DNA of 26,581 bases from UHGV virus genome UHGV-0119765. One strand, written 5' to 3'. Under the pieces are notes generated by a model. The model saw only the letters and a program-made list of their open reading frames with translations. It did no database searches and was not told where the DNA came from. This DNA is from a virus. Below, piece by piece: positions 7,836 to 15,730 of the stretch (its first letter is position 1; each line of letters starts with the position of its first letter). The position numbers were made by a program, and so were the translations under genes.

Positions 7836-8873
7836 TTAACACCCTTTAATGGGAGTTGAGATACGAGATATCATTGCTGATTCAATTATCCCACTTCTGA
7901 CTTTATAGTCACCAAAAAGAGAAATTGAATCAGAAAGTTTCATGCTTTCATAAAGAAGGTCTGTTTCGTCTTTATCTATAAAATCAGTAACAACATAAGC
8001 AGGGAAGGTATAATCAGTGCCAACCTTTTTGCAAGTTACTGTCAGCTTTCCATCTGATTTTTTAATGCCTTCAATTTCAACTTCTTCTGTAAGTTCTTTG
8101 TTGGAAAGTTTCTCACGTGGGTTTCTTATCATTTCGGCAATATCACGCTTATCTAATTCGATCTTTGCCATACCATTAAACTCTACTCTGTCAGCATCTG
8201 AGACGCCTTTCAACACCCCAACCACAGCATTTGAAGTATGGGATTGAATTCCCTCTGAAATCTCCCTCGCAGCTGCTGTGGCAGTATGAGCAGAAAGAAC
8301 TTCAACCATGCCATCTTTAAGCAGTCTCATTTGCTCAGTTTGGCTGTTGGTGTCGTTGAGGCCTTCATCAATCTCAAGTTGCTTCATTTTTTCTATATGG
8401 CGATCTTTTTGTCTCGACTTTATCAGCCAAGCCCCAGTAAGGATCAGCGATATGAGAACGAGACATATAGCTTTCTCTGTTCCAGTCATACCTTGTGTTG
8501 ACCTCTCAAATGCAACACCAAATGAATCAATTACATCCTTTATAGCAACAAGTAGGTCAGTACAGCCAGGCTCAACTTTAAAAATTATCTCAAGCTCTTT
8601 TCTATCACTGTCTTTCAAATGCTTGAGATTATCCGTTCCTCGCCTTACAAGCATAAACGCTTTATAAAGTTCGGTCTGAAACTCGCACATACCTTGAGCT
8701 AAAGAGGACGGTATCGTCCCATTATACCGGTCTGGATCACCATAAATCTTGAAACTTACGTGGTTAACAAAATCAATTTTAATGTCATTGATAGATATTT
8801 GCTGACCTTTCTGAACTCTTTCTAAAAACTCTGAAACGTCGCTTAATGATGAGATATCAATTTGATTGTCCAT
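7836..8873 (-). CDS. Unknown single-pass membrane protein at the rexAB-equivalent position (moron; candidate exclusion/defence gene)
   Basis: Long uninterrupted ORF (345 aa from the ATG at 8873; 355 aa from the alternative TTG at 8903, which overlaps the cI stop). Same strand and immediately downstream of cI. One central hydrophobic helix (KAICLVLISLILTGAWLIKS) flanked by two soluble halves. AT-richer than flanking lambda-like DNA (about 35% GC in a 60-nt sample). No family recognised. Confidence 0.8.
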   Translation of the reverse strand: MDNQIDISSLSDVSEFLERVQKGQQISINDIKIDFVNHVSFKIYGDPDRYNGTIPSSLAQGMCEFQTELYKAFMLVRRGTDNLKHLKDSDRKELEIIFKVEPGCTDLLVAIKDVIDSFGVAFERSTQGMTGTEKAICLVLISLILTGAWLIKSRQKDRHIEKMKQLEIDEGLNDTNSQTEQMRLLKDGMVEVLSAHTATAAAREISEGIQSHTSNAVVGVLKGVSDADRVEFNGMAKIELDKRDIAEMIRNPREKLSNKELTEEVEIEGIKKSDGKLTVTCKKVGTDYTFPAYVVTDFIDKDETDLLYESMKLSDSISLFGDYKVRSGIIESAMISRISTPIKGC

Positions 8874-8895
8874 ATCTTTTCTCAATGTTATTGTG

Positions 8896-9555
8896 TTAAC
8901 CAAACGTCTCTTCTGGCCACTGGCTGGCGATAACTTTCCCTACAACGGAACAGCTATCATTGCATGGGATCATTGGATATTGCGGGTTTAGTGGTTGTAG
9001 GAACACCTGACCGCTATCCCTGATCAGTTTCTTGAAGGTAAACTCGTCACCACCAAGTCTGGCTATGCAGAAATCACCTGGCTCAACAGCCTGCTCAGGG
9101 TCAACGAGAATTAACATCCCGTCAGGAAAGCTTGGCTTGGATCCTGTTGGTGCGGTCATGGAATTACCTTCAACTTCAAGCCAGAACGCACAATCACTAG
9201 CTTTTTTGGTTGTGCTGACCCATCTCTCCGCATCACCTTTGGTAAAGGTTCTAAGCTCAGGCGAGAACATCCCGGCCTGAACATGAGAAAAAACAGGGTA
9301 CTCATGTTGTTTTTTAACGGGGGCAGATGAGTATTCGCCAACAGGTGAAAATGTACCGTCGTGGTTGAATGAGACGTTATCAATACCAAGGTATTTAAAC
9401 ACCACACCAATCTCGTCAAGAGATGGATGACGAGATCCGCGCAACCAGTGACCAATTCCACCCTGCGTCATACCAAGCTCTTCAGCTAACTTCTCTTGAG
9501 TTATGCCGAGCTCTTTCATTCTGGATCTAGCCAGTTCATACCATTTCATTTTCAT
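8896..9555 (-). CDS. cI: CI-type prophage repressor (LexA/S24 peptidase fold)
   Basis: ATG at 9555 ([37 protein letters not shown]...). The C-terminal ~130 aa ([20 protein letters not shown]...[12 protein letters not shown]) match the lambda cI C-terminal domain; the N-terminal HTH domain is different. No SD upstream, consistent with a leaderless PRM transcript. The track ORF extends 54 codons further 5' without support. Confidence 0.9.
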   Translation of the reverse strand: MKMKWYELARSRMKELGITQEKLAEELGMTQGGIGHWLRGSRHPSLDEIGVVFKYLGIDNVSFNHDGTFSPVGEYSSAPVKKQHEYPVFSHVQAGMFSPELRTFTKGDAERWVSTTKKASDCAFWLEVEGNSMTAPTGSKPSFPDGMLILVDPEQAVEPGDFCIARLGGDEFTFKKLIRDSGQVFLQPLNPQYPMIPCNDSCSVVGKVIASQWPEETFG

Positions 9556-9665
9556 ACCATTATTATTACGCTCTGTACTAAAACCATCCATGCACAAGAT
9601 GTATTTTTGTTTGCATTCTAAAAGTACATATCGTATTATTGTTTCATGGTTACTATGGAGGGCAT
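9556..9665. promoter_or_regulatory. OR region: divergent PR (cro) and PRM (cI) promoters with operator sites
   Basis: PR on the plus strand: -35 TTGCAT (9611-9616), 17-nt spacer, -10 TATTAT (9634-9639), GGAGG RBS before cro. GTAC-containing partial palindromes resemble the OL palindrome. PRM placement is tentative. Confidence 0.65.
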
Positions 9666-9881
9666 ATGAGCAACCTACGAAAATATCGAGAGTCACTGAA
9701 TATCTCTCAAACAACACTTGCTAAGGCAGTTGGATGCACACAGGGAGCTATCGGACATTGGGAATCTGGTCGTCGCTTCCCAGACCTTAAAACATGCCGT
9801 GCTCTTGTTGAGTGCCTAAACAAGTTAGGCGCAAAAGTCAGTCTTGATGACGTGTTCCCGCCGGAACACAAAGCCGCTTAA
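9666..9881 (+). CDS. cro: Cro-like XRE-family HTH regulator
   Basis: 71 aa from the ATG at 9666 with GGAGG RBS. HTH region [27 protein letters not shown]. Divergent from cI across the operator region. Confidence 0.8.
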   Translation: MSNLRKYRESLNISQTTLAKAVGCTQGAIGHWESGRRFPDLKTCRALVECLNKLGAKVSLDDVFPPEHKAA

Positions 9882-9889
9882 GACATTCC

Positions 9890-9921
9890 CGCTCTTACAC
9901 ATCCCAGCCCTGAAAAAGGGC
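9890..9921 (+). promoter_or_regulatory. nutR site (boxA CGCTCTTAC plus boxB GCCCTGAAAAAGGGC)
   Basis: Exact lambda-type boxA and boxB directly after the cro stop. An inverted repeat GTATGCAtttatttTGCATAC follows at 9943-9966, in the lambda tR1 position. Confidence 0.85.
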
Positions 9922-10000
9922 ATCAAATTAAACCACACCTATGGTGTATGCATTTATTTGCATACATTCAATCAATTGTTATCTAAGGAAATACTTACAT

Positions 10001-10297
10001 ATGGTTCGTGCAAACAAACGCAACGAGGCACTACGAATCGAGAGTGCGTTGCTTAACAAAATCGCAATGCTTGGAACTGAGAAGACAGCGGAAGCTGTGG
10101 GAGTTGATAAGTCGCAGATCAGCAGGTGGAAGAGGGATTGGATTCCAAAGTTCTCAATGCTGCTTGCTGTTCTTGAATGGGGCGTCGTTGACGACGATAT
10201 GGCTCGATTGGCACGACAAGTTGCTTCGATTCTCACCAATAAAAAACGCTCGGTGTGCAAGACCGAGCGTTCTGATCAAATCCAGATGGAATTTTAA
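10001..10297 (+). CDS. cII: Transcriptional activator CII (lambda type)
   Basis: MVRANKRNEALRIESALLNKIAMLGTEKTAEAVGVDKSQISRWKRDWIPKFSMLLAVLEWG... is essentially lambda CII. ATG at 10001 preceded by AAGGAA. The track ORF starting at 9941 is an unsupported extension. Confidence 0.95.
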   Translation: MVRANKRNEALRIESALLNKIAMLGTEKTAEAVGVDKSQISRWKRDWIPKFSMLLAVLEWGVVDDDMARLARQVASILTNKKRSVCKTERSDQIQMEF

Positions 10298-10319
10298 CAA
10301 CATCCAACGAGGTAATTAT

Positions 10320-10592
10320 ATGCGAAACAAAGGCTTTAATCCACCTGATACACACAAAGAAGCCAAGCGCTTGCGCTTCCTTCGTTCCATTGATGAAAGA
10401 ACTCAAATCTCTTTTGTGAAAGTTGCCAGAACTGAGCTTCTGAAGGCTGAGGCGAGGGCGTTGCTCCCGTCTCTACCAAAAGAGGAGGGATATACGTTCA
10501 TTCCAAATGCATTTCTGGAAAAGCTGCTCAAAGAAGACATATCCGTAAGTCAGTTTAACGATGTTCTTAAGGTCTTTCGTCAAGGCAGGTAG
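10320..10592 (+). CDS. Hypothetical protein (90 aa) between cII and the replication genes
   Basis: ATG at 10320 with AGGT RBS (MRNKGFNPPDTHKEAKRLRFLRSIDERTQISFVKVART...). It is the in-frame C-terminal part of the 10008..10592 track ORF, whose upstream portion overlaps cII. Confidence 0.55.
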   Translation: MRNKGFNPPDTHKEAKRLRFLRSIDERTQISFVKVARTELLKAEARALLPSLPKEEGYTFIPNAFLEKLLKEDISVSQFNDVLKVFRQGR

Positions 10593-10594
10593 TT

Positions 10595-11542
10595 ATGAGC
10601 AATACAGCAAAAATCTACGATTTCAGCGCCGCACACGAGCGCAGGAGCAACAGGATGGAGAACCAGAAAACTGGTTACATTCCGTTGTACCGGAGCATTC
10701 TGAAACAGTCATGGGCGAAAGATGTTTATCTTCGCACCCTGTGGGAAAACCTTCTCCTGAATGCCGCCAGAAAGCCATACAAAGCGAATTTCAAAGGTCA
10801 TGAATGGCATCTGCAACCCGGTCAACTGGTTGTGACAGCAGCTGATTTAGGTCTTCAGTTATGCGACAGGCATGGCAAGCCGGCAAGCCGTGATCAGGTT
10901 GAGCGGATGCTTCAGGTTTTTGTGAAAGAGGGGATGATCACCATTGATGGAGAGAAGCAAAAAGGTCGTGTGATCACCATCACAAATTACCATGAATATG
11001 CTCAAAAAATGGACAATTTACCCGCACATGAAGCCGCACAAACAACCGCACATGATGCCGCACATGATGAAGCCAGTAATGGCGCGGCTTTCAGCGTACA
11101 TGCCGCACATGAAAGCGCACATGAAGCCGCACAAACAACCGCACATCATGAACAAGAAGGTATTAACAAGAATATAAATAATACCCCCCTACCCCCCAAT
11201 GGGGGAGGCGATGGGCAGGTTAAACCTGAACGTCGCAAGGCAGAACGAATCGACTACGAATCCTTCCTGAACGCCTACAACACCGAAGTCGGTGACAGAC
11301 TGCCACACGCTGTTGCGGTCAACGAGAAACGCAAACGTCGCTTGAAGAAAATCATTCCGCAACTGAAAACGCCAAACGTGGACGGTTTCAGAGCGTATGT
11401 CAGGGCGTTTGTGCATCAGGCCAAGCCGTTTTACTTCGGAGACAACGACACGGGCTGGACGGCCGATTTTGATTACCTGCTGAGGGAAGACTCGTTAACG
11501 GGAGTTCGGGAAGGGAAGTTTGCAGACAGGGGGATTGAATGA
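10595..11542 (+). CDS. Replication initiator, lambda O-like / P22 gene 18-like
   Basis: 315 aa. N-terminus [10 protein letters not shown] resembles lambda O (MTNTAKILNF). An internal iteron array and Pro/Gly linker separate the N and C domains. Immediately followed by, and translationally coupled to, a DnaB-type helicase. Confidence 0.85.
   Translation: MSNTAKIYDFSAAHERRSNRMENQKTGYIPLYRSILKQSWAKDVYLRTLWENLLLNAARKPYKANFKGHEWHLQPGQLVVTAADLGLQLCDRHGKPASRDQVERMLQVFVKEGMITIDGEKQKGRVITITNYHEYAQKMDNLPAHEAAQTTAHDAAHDEASNGAAFSVHAAHESAHEAAQTTAHHEQEGINKNINNTPLPPNGGGDGQVKPERRKAERIDYESFLNAYNTEVGDRLPHAVAVNEKRKRRLKKIIPQLKTPNVDGFRAYVRAFVHQAKPFYFGDNDTGWTADFDYLLREDSLTGVREGKFADRGIE
11021..11213 (+). repeat. 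Origin-like iteron array, AT-rich tract and C/G palindrome inside the O-like gene
   Basis: At least seven direct copies of CGCACA(T/A) (CCGCACATGA / GCGCACATGA / CCGCACAAAC) across 11021-11150, then an AT-rich run (gaacaagaaggtattaacaagaatataaataata) and CCCCCCaatGGGGG. Same architecture as ori-lambda inside O. Confidence 0.7.
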
Positions 11543-12915
11543 GACAGGATATCGAAGCGAGCGTTATCGGTGGCTTGCTGATTGGTGGATTAACACCAAC
11601 CGCCAGCGACGTTCTGGCAACGCTGGAGCCGGAAGCGTTTTCAATTCCGCTCTACCGGAAAGCCTTCGAGGTTATCCGCAAGCAGGCGAGAAACAGAAAC
11701 CTAATCGACGCGCTGATGGTTGCCGAGGCGTGCGGAGAGGAGCATTTCACGTCAATCCTGATGACCAGCAAAAACTGCCCGAGTGCCGCAAACCTGAAGG
11801 GATATGCCGGAATGGTCGCGGATAACTATCACCGCCGTCTGGTGCTGGAAATCATGGATGAAATGCGTGAACCAATTCAGAGCGGAACCATCGACGCATC
11901 GAGTCAGGCGATGGATGAGCTTGTAAAGCGTCTTTCAGCCATCAGAAAGCCCCGTGACGAGGTTAAGCCGGTACGGTTAGGGGAAATCATCACCGACTAC
12001 ACTGACACGCTTGACAGGCGCCTGAGGAACGGAGAAGAGTCAGATACCCTGAAGACCGGAATCGAAGAACTTGACGCTATCACCGGAGGGATGAATGCAG
12101 AAGACCTGGTGATTATCGCCGCTCGTCCTGGTATGGGGAAAACCGAACTGGCGCTGAAGATTGCCGAAGGCGTTGCAAGCCGCGTTATCCCTGGTTCTGA
12201 CGTTCGGCGCGGAGTGTTGATTTTCTCGATGGAAATGAGCGCATTGCAGATTGCAGAGCGAAGCATTGCCAACGCCGGGAGAATGTCGGTTAGCGTACTG
12301 CGAAATCCTGCATCGATGGATGACGAAGGCTGGGCGCGTGTTGCTAACGGCATGAGTCAGCTTGCAGATTTGGATGTATGGGTAGTCGATGCCTCGCGGT
12401 TATCGGTCGAAGAAATTCGCTCAATCGCAGAAAGGCACAAACAGGAAAATCCAAACCTGTCACTCATCATGGCGGATTATCTTGGCCTGATTGAGAAGCC
12501 GAAAGCAGACCGCAACGACCTCGCAATTGCTCACATCTCCGGAAGCATGAAGGCGATGGCGAAAGACCTGAAAACACCGGTTATTTCCCTGAGTCAGCTT
12601 TCACGCGATGTTGAGAAGCGACCAAACAAGCGCCCGACAAACGCAGATTTGCGTGATTCAGGAAGCATTGAACAGGACGCAGACTCAATCATCATGCTCT
12701 ATCGGGAAGCTGTATATGACGAGAACAGTAGCGCCGCGCCATTTGCTGAAATCATCGTGACGAAAAACCGTTTTGGCTCACTTGGTACGGTTTACCAGCG
12801 GTTCTGCAACGGACACTTTGTTGCGTGTGACCAGGATGAAGCCAGACAGATTTGCACAGCATCAAATGCACCTGCTGCGCGTGGCAGACGATATGCACAA
12901 GGGGCTGACGTATGA
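11539..12915 (+). CDS. Replicative DNA helicase, DnaB family (P22 gene 12-like)
   Basis: 458 aa. Walker [18 protein letters not shown], plus conserved DnaB motifs ([23 protein letters not shown]). ATG overlaps the O-like stop (ATGA). Confidence 0.95.
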   Translation: MRQDIEASVIGGLLIGGLTPTASDVLATLEPEAFSIPLYRKAFEVIRKQARNRNLIDALMVAEACGEEHFTSILMTSKNCPSAANLKGYAGMVADNYHRRLVLEIMDEMREPIQSGTIDASSQAMDELVKRLSAIRKPRDEVKPVRLGEIITDYTDTLDRRLRNGEESDTLKTGIEELDAITGGMNAEDLVIIAARPGMGKTELALKIAEGVASRVIPGSDVRRGVLIFSMEMSALQIAERSIANAGRMSVSVLRNPASMDDEGWARVANGMSQLADLDVWVVDASRLSVEEIRSIAERHKQENPNLSLIMADYLGLIEKPKADRNDLAIAHISGSMKAMAKDLKTPVISLSQLSRDVEKRPNKRPTNADLRDSGSIEQDADSIIMLYREAVYDENSSAAPFAEIIVTKNRFGSLGTVYQRFCNGHFVACDQDEARQICTASNAPAARGRRYAQGADV

Positions 12916-12940
12916 CCATCTACATCACTGAGCTAATAAC

Positions 12941-12973
12941 AGGCCTGCTGGTAATCGCAGGCCTTTTTATTTG
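12941..12973 (+). terminator. tR2-like rho-independent terminator
   Basis: 8-bp GC-rich stem AGGCCTGC / GCAGGCCT with an 8-nt loop, followed by TTTTTATTT, just after the helicase stop and before the nin region. Confidence 0.75.
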
Positions 12974-13000
12974 GGGGAGAGTAATTGGAGGCTTTAAGAA

Positions 13001-13228
13001 ATGAGTTCGATGACTGAGCTTGTCCGCGCCGACTTTCAGGAGAACATTGGTCGTGCAAATCGGTACTGGTCTGCTTCCAGACTTCCGACTGGCGAGAGAC
13101 AGAAAAACGCCCCTAAGCCACGTATCTATCCGCGTGACCGCGTTCTTCGCCGGTTGGTTAAAATCGATAATGATTTTCAGTGTGACAGAATTATCCAGCA
13201 ATTAGATTTGATGACTGATGATGAATGA
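13001..13228 (+). CDS. Hypothetical protein (75 aa)
   Basis: ATG at 13001 with GGAGG RBS. First gene after the tR2-like terminator; no family recognised. Confidence 0.6.
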   Translation: MSSMTELVRADFQENIGRANRYWSASRLPTGERQKNAPKPRIYPRDRVLRRLVKIDNDFQCDRIIQQLDLMTDDE

Positions 13229-13643
13229 TTTCATTCTGCACGAAACCAATAAATCACAATTCTGGTTAGTTCTGAAACAAATCCTCTCTACCGGCAAACG
13301 CTGGCGAATCAAAATATCTGAGTACCGTGAGAAGCGTACATTGTCACAAAACAATCTGATGTGGGTGTGGAATGCAGAAATAGCCGCACAGTTATCTGCT
13401 GCTTCTGCTGAAAACTTCACGCCTGAAGAGGTTCATGAGTGGCTGAAAGATATATTTTGTCCGGCTAAAAGGGTGACGATTTTTAATATTACACGATGCG
13501 TTAAATCAACACGTCAGCTTGATATTGGAGATATGCACAAATATCTGACCGATATTGACCAGTGGGCGCATCAGAAGGGATTACGACTAACCATTCCTGA
13601 TAATTGCGAGTACCTGGATCTAAAGGAGAGGCAAGTAGAGTGA
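13218..13643 (+). CDS. ninB: NinB-family recombination protein
   Basis: 141 aa. The TLSQNNLMWVWNAEIA segment matches the NinB family signature (lambda NinB has SLDQNRKLWA). Position is consistent with the nin region. Confidence 0.75.
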   Translation: MMNDFILHETNKSQFWLVLKQILSTGKRWRIKISEYREKRTLSQNNLMWVWNAEIAAQLSAASAENFTPEEVHEWLKDIFCPAKRVTIFNITRCVKSTRQLDIGDMHKYLTDIDQWAHQKGLRLTIPDNCEYLDLKERQVE

Positions 13644-14167
13644 CTATCAAATCAAATACGCCGGCACACGACAAGGACTGCTGGCAAACGCCGCTTTGGC
13701 TTTTTGATGCACTGGATATTGAGTTTGGATTCTGGCTGGATTCGGCAGCGAGCGACAAAAATGCTCTGTGCGCTCACTGGCTAACTGAGGCCGACGACGC
13801 GCTCAATTCTGAGTGGGTAAGCCACGGTGCAATCTGGAATAACCCACCGTACAGCAATATCAGGCCGTGGGTGGAAAAAGCTGCTGAGCAGTGCATACAA
13901 CAGCGACAGACGGTAGTGATGCTTGTGCCAGAGGATATGTCAGTCGGATGGTTCAGCAAGGCTCTGGAGAGCGTTGACGAAGTTCGCATCATCACTGATG
14001 GACGGATTAATTTTATCGAACCATCGACGGGGCTGGAGAAGAAGGGAAACAGCAAAGGCTCCATGCTGCTGATTTGGCGACCGTTCATCAGTCCTCGACG
14101 GATGTTTACTACCGTATCCAAAGCGGCATTGATGGCGATCGGGCAGGGCGTCAGGAGGGCGACATGA
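13640..14167 (+). CDS. Phage-type DNA N6-adenine methyltransferase (Dam family)
   Basis: GTG start overlapping the ninB stop (GTGA), GGAGAG RBS 9 nt upstream. CWQTP...LF N-terminal motif and catalytic NPPY (IWNNPPYSN). Confidence 0.85.
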   Translation: MTIKSNTPAHDKDCWQTPLWLFDALDIEFGFWLDSAASDKNALCAHWLTEADDALNSEWVSHGAIWNNPPYSNIRPWVEKAAEQCIQQRQTVVMLVPEDMSVGWFSKALESVDEVRIITDGRINFIEPSTGLEKKGNSKGSMLLIWRPFISPRRMFTTVSKAALMAIGQGVRRAT

Positions 14168-14346
14168 GACGACAGCGACGAAGTTTCACCGACATCATCT
14201 GCGAAAACTGCAAATACCTTCCAACGAAACGCTCCAGAAATAAACGCAAGCCAATTCCAAAAGAATCTGACGTAAAAACCTTCAACTACACGGCTCACCT
14301 GTGGGATATCCGGTGGCTAAGAAATCGTGCGAGGAATACAAGGTGA
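14164..14346 (+). CDS. ninE: NinE-like protein (60 aa)
   Basis: ATG overlaps the Dam stop (ATGA), [60 protein letters not shown] matches lambda NinE as I remember it. Confidence 0.8.
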   Translation: MRRQRRSFTDIICENCKYLPTKRSRNKRKPIPKESDVKTFNYTAHLWDIRWLRNRARNTR

Positions 14347-14513
14347 TTGACCCAAATCGAAGTTACGAACAAGAAAGCGTCGAGCGGGCTTTAACGTGCG
14401 CTAATTGCGGTCAGAAGCTGCATGTGCTGGAAGTTCACGTATGTGAGCACTGCTGCGCAGAACTGATGAGCGATCCGAATAGCTCAATGTTCGAGGAAGA
14501 AGACGATGAATGA
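14343..14513 (+). CDS. ninF: NinF-like protein (56 aa)
   Basis: GTG start overlapping the ninE stop, GAGGAA RBS. Cys-rich [29 protein letters not shown] matches lambda NinF. Confidence 0.75.
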   Translation: MIDPNRSYEQESVERALTCANCGQKLHVLEVHVCEHCCAELMSDPNSSMFEEEDDE

Positions 14514-14973
14514 GTTAATAAATGGCAATGCCATCAAAATGACAAGCATTGAAATCGCTGAGTTGGTTGGTAAGCGTCATGACAATGTGAAACGTACCAT
14601 AATAAAAAACGGGATAAAGCACGATATTAAATATGAATATTATGAAAATAATCTAGGATTCAAAGTTAAGCGAGAGGTTTTTGTTGTTGATGCTGATGTT
14701 GCTAACGTGTTTAAGCATCAGAGAATAGCATTAAATAGATGTGCTGAGACAATAGCATTAACCACCATCGAACAATTACAAGGAGTTAAATTAATAAGGC
14801 AATATCCGGTTTTAGATAAATACCGCATAGATGGCTATGATCCTGTAAACAATATCGCCTATGAAATAGACGAGGAACAACATTTTGCGCCTCAGCATAT
14901 GGACGCGGATCGCATTCGCGAGGAAGAGATAAAATCGGCGTTAGGTTGTAAGTTTGTGCGCATTCGCGTTTAA
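14506..14973 (+). CDS. Moron: Rha-like N-terminal domain fused to a putative DUF559/Vsr-like (restriction-endonuclease-fold) C-terminal domain
   Basis: 155 aa, AT-rich (about 36% GC). N-terminus IKMTSIEIAELVGKRHDNVKR parallels the Rha-type N-terminus of the next gene. The C-terminal YRIDGYDPVNNIAYEIDEEQHF block fits the YR.D...IA.E.D...H pattern of DUF559/Vsr-like nuclease domains. Confidence 0.75.
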   Translation: MNELINGNAIKMTSIEIAELVGKRHDNVKRTIIKNGIKHDIKYEYYENNLGFKVKREVFVVDADVANVFKHQRIALNRCAETIALTTIEQLQGVKLIRQYPVLDKYRIDGYDPVNNIAYEIDEEQHFAPQHMDADRIREEEIKSALGCKFVRIRV

Positions 14974-15004
14974 GTGAATACAATTTGCAAACCGGAGAAT
15001 AGCA

Positions 15005-15730
15005 ATGAGTAATTTAATTTGTTTCTCTTCCGTTAAGATGACCAGTATCGAAATTGCCGAACTGGCAGAAAGCCGCCATAGCAATGTAAAAGTATCCATA
15101 GATAGATTGGTGAAACGTGGCGCTATCAAGCCTCCTGCATTGCAGCACACTAACATAATCAATGATTTAGGTGTTATTACCGGGAAGCGTGATTTCTACG
15201 TCTTCGAAGGCGAACAAGGTAAGCGCGACAGCATTATTGTCGTTGCCCAGTTGTCGCCGGAATTCACCGCTCGCCTTGTTGACCGCTGGATAGAGCTTGA
15301 AGAAGCTGCGGTTAATATCCCCAAAACGCTACCGGAAGCGTTGCGCCTTGCTGCTGACCTTGCTGAGCAGAAAATGCAACTGGAAAACCAGCTCGCAATT
15401 GCCGCACCTAAAGTTGAGTTTGCCGATCGCGTTGGCGAGGCCAGCGGAATTTTGATTGGAAACTTTGCAAAGGTTGTCGGTATTGGTCCAAACAAACTGT
15501 TTGCGTGGATGCGCGATCACAAAATCCTTATTGCTTCAGGTTCCCGGCGCAATGTGCCAATGCAGGAATATATGGATCGCGGCTATTTCACAGTGAAAGA
15601 AACAGCGGTCAACACAAATCACGGAATACAGATATCGTTCACCACAAAAATCACCGGGCGTGGTCAACAGTGGCTGACCAGAAAGCTGCTCGATAACGGA
15701 ATGCTGAAAGTAACAGGTGAGGCTGCTTAA
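15005..15730 (+). CDS. Phage antirepressor (Rha-type N-terminal domain plus KilA-C C-terminal domain)
   Basis: 241 aa, GGAG RBS. N-terminus VKMTSIEIAELAESRHSNVK; C-terminal region (FAKVVGIGPNKLFAWMRDHKILIASGSRRNVPMQEYMDRGYF) is characteristic of KilA-C antirepressors. Confidence 0.85.
   Translation: MSNLICFSSVKMTSIEIAELAESRHSNVKVSIDRLVKRGAIKPPALQHTNIINDLGVITGKRDFYVFEGEQGKRDSIIVVAQLSPEFTARLVDRWIELEEAAVNIPKTLPEALRLAADLAEQKMQLENQLAIAAPKVEFADRVGEASGILIGNFAKVVGIGPNKLFAWMRDHKILIASGSRRNVPMQEYMDRGYFTVKETAVNTNHGIQISFTTKITGRGQQWLTRKLLDNGMLKVTGEAA

Noticed and set aside
8903-9717. N-terminal extension of cI in the track ORF (8896..9717) and TTG-start extension of the membrane-protein ORF
   Set aside because: The cI extension would run through the PR/operator region and adds non-homologous sequence; the ATG at 9555 gives a normal-length repressor. 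The TTG at 8903 overlaps the cI 3' end and is kept only as an alternative start.
9941-10000. 20-codon upstream extension of cII in the track ORF
   Set aside because: Lambda CII begins at MVRANKRN; the ATG at 10001 has an AAGGAA RBS, and the extension would cover the tR1 region.
10008-10319. Upstream part of the 194-aa track ORF overlapping cII
   Set aside because: Overlaps cII in another frame; only the 3' portion from the ATG at 10320 (with RBS) is plausible.
10992-11177. 61-aa ORF rich in MKPHK repeats
   Set aside because: Alternative-frame translation of the iteron repeats inside the O-like gene; a repeat artefact.
11187-11213. CCCCCCaatGGGGG hairpin considered as an intrinsic terminator
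   Set aside because: No U-tract follows, and it lies inside the O-like coding sequence where it encodes a Pro/Gly linker; more likely part of the origin structure.
11997-12353. 118-aa minus-strand ORF
   Set aside because: Antisense within the DnaB-type helicase gene.
13774-14298. 174-aa minus-strand ORF
   Set aside because: Antisense to the Dam-type methyltransferase and ninE; no start context.
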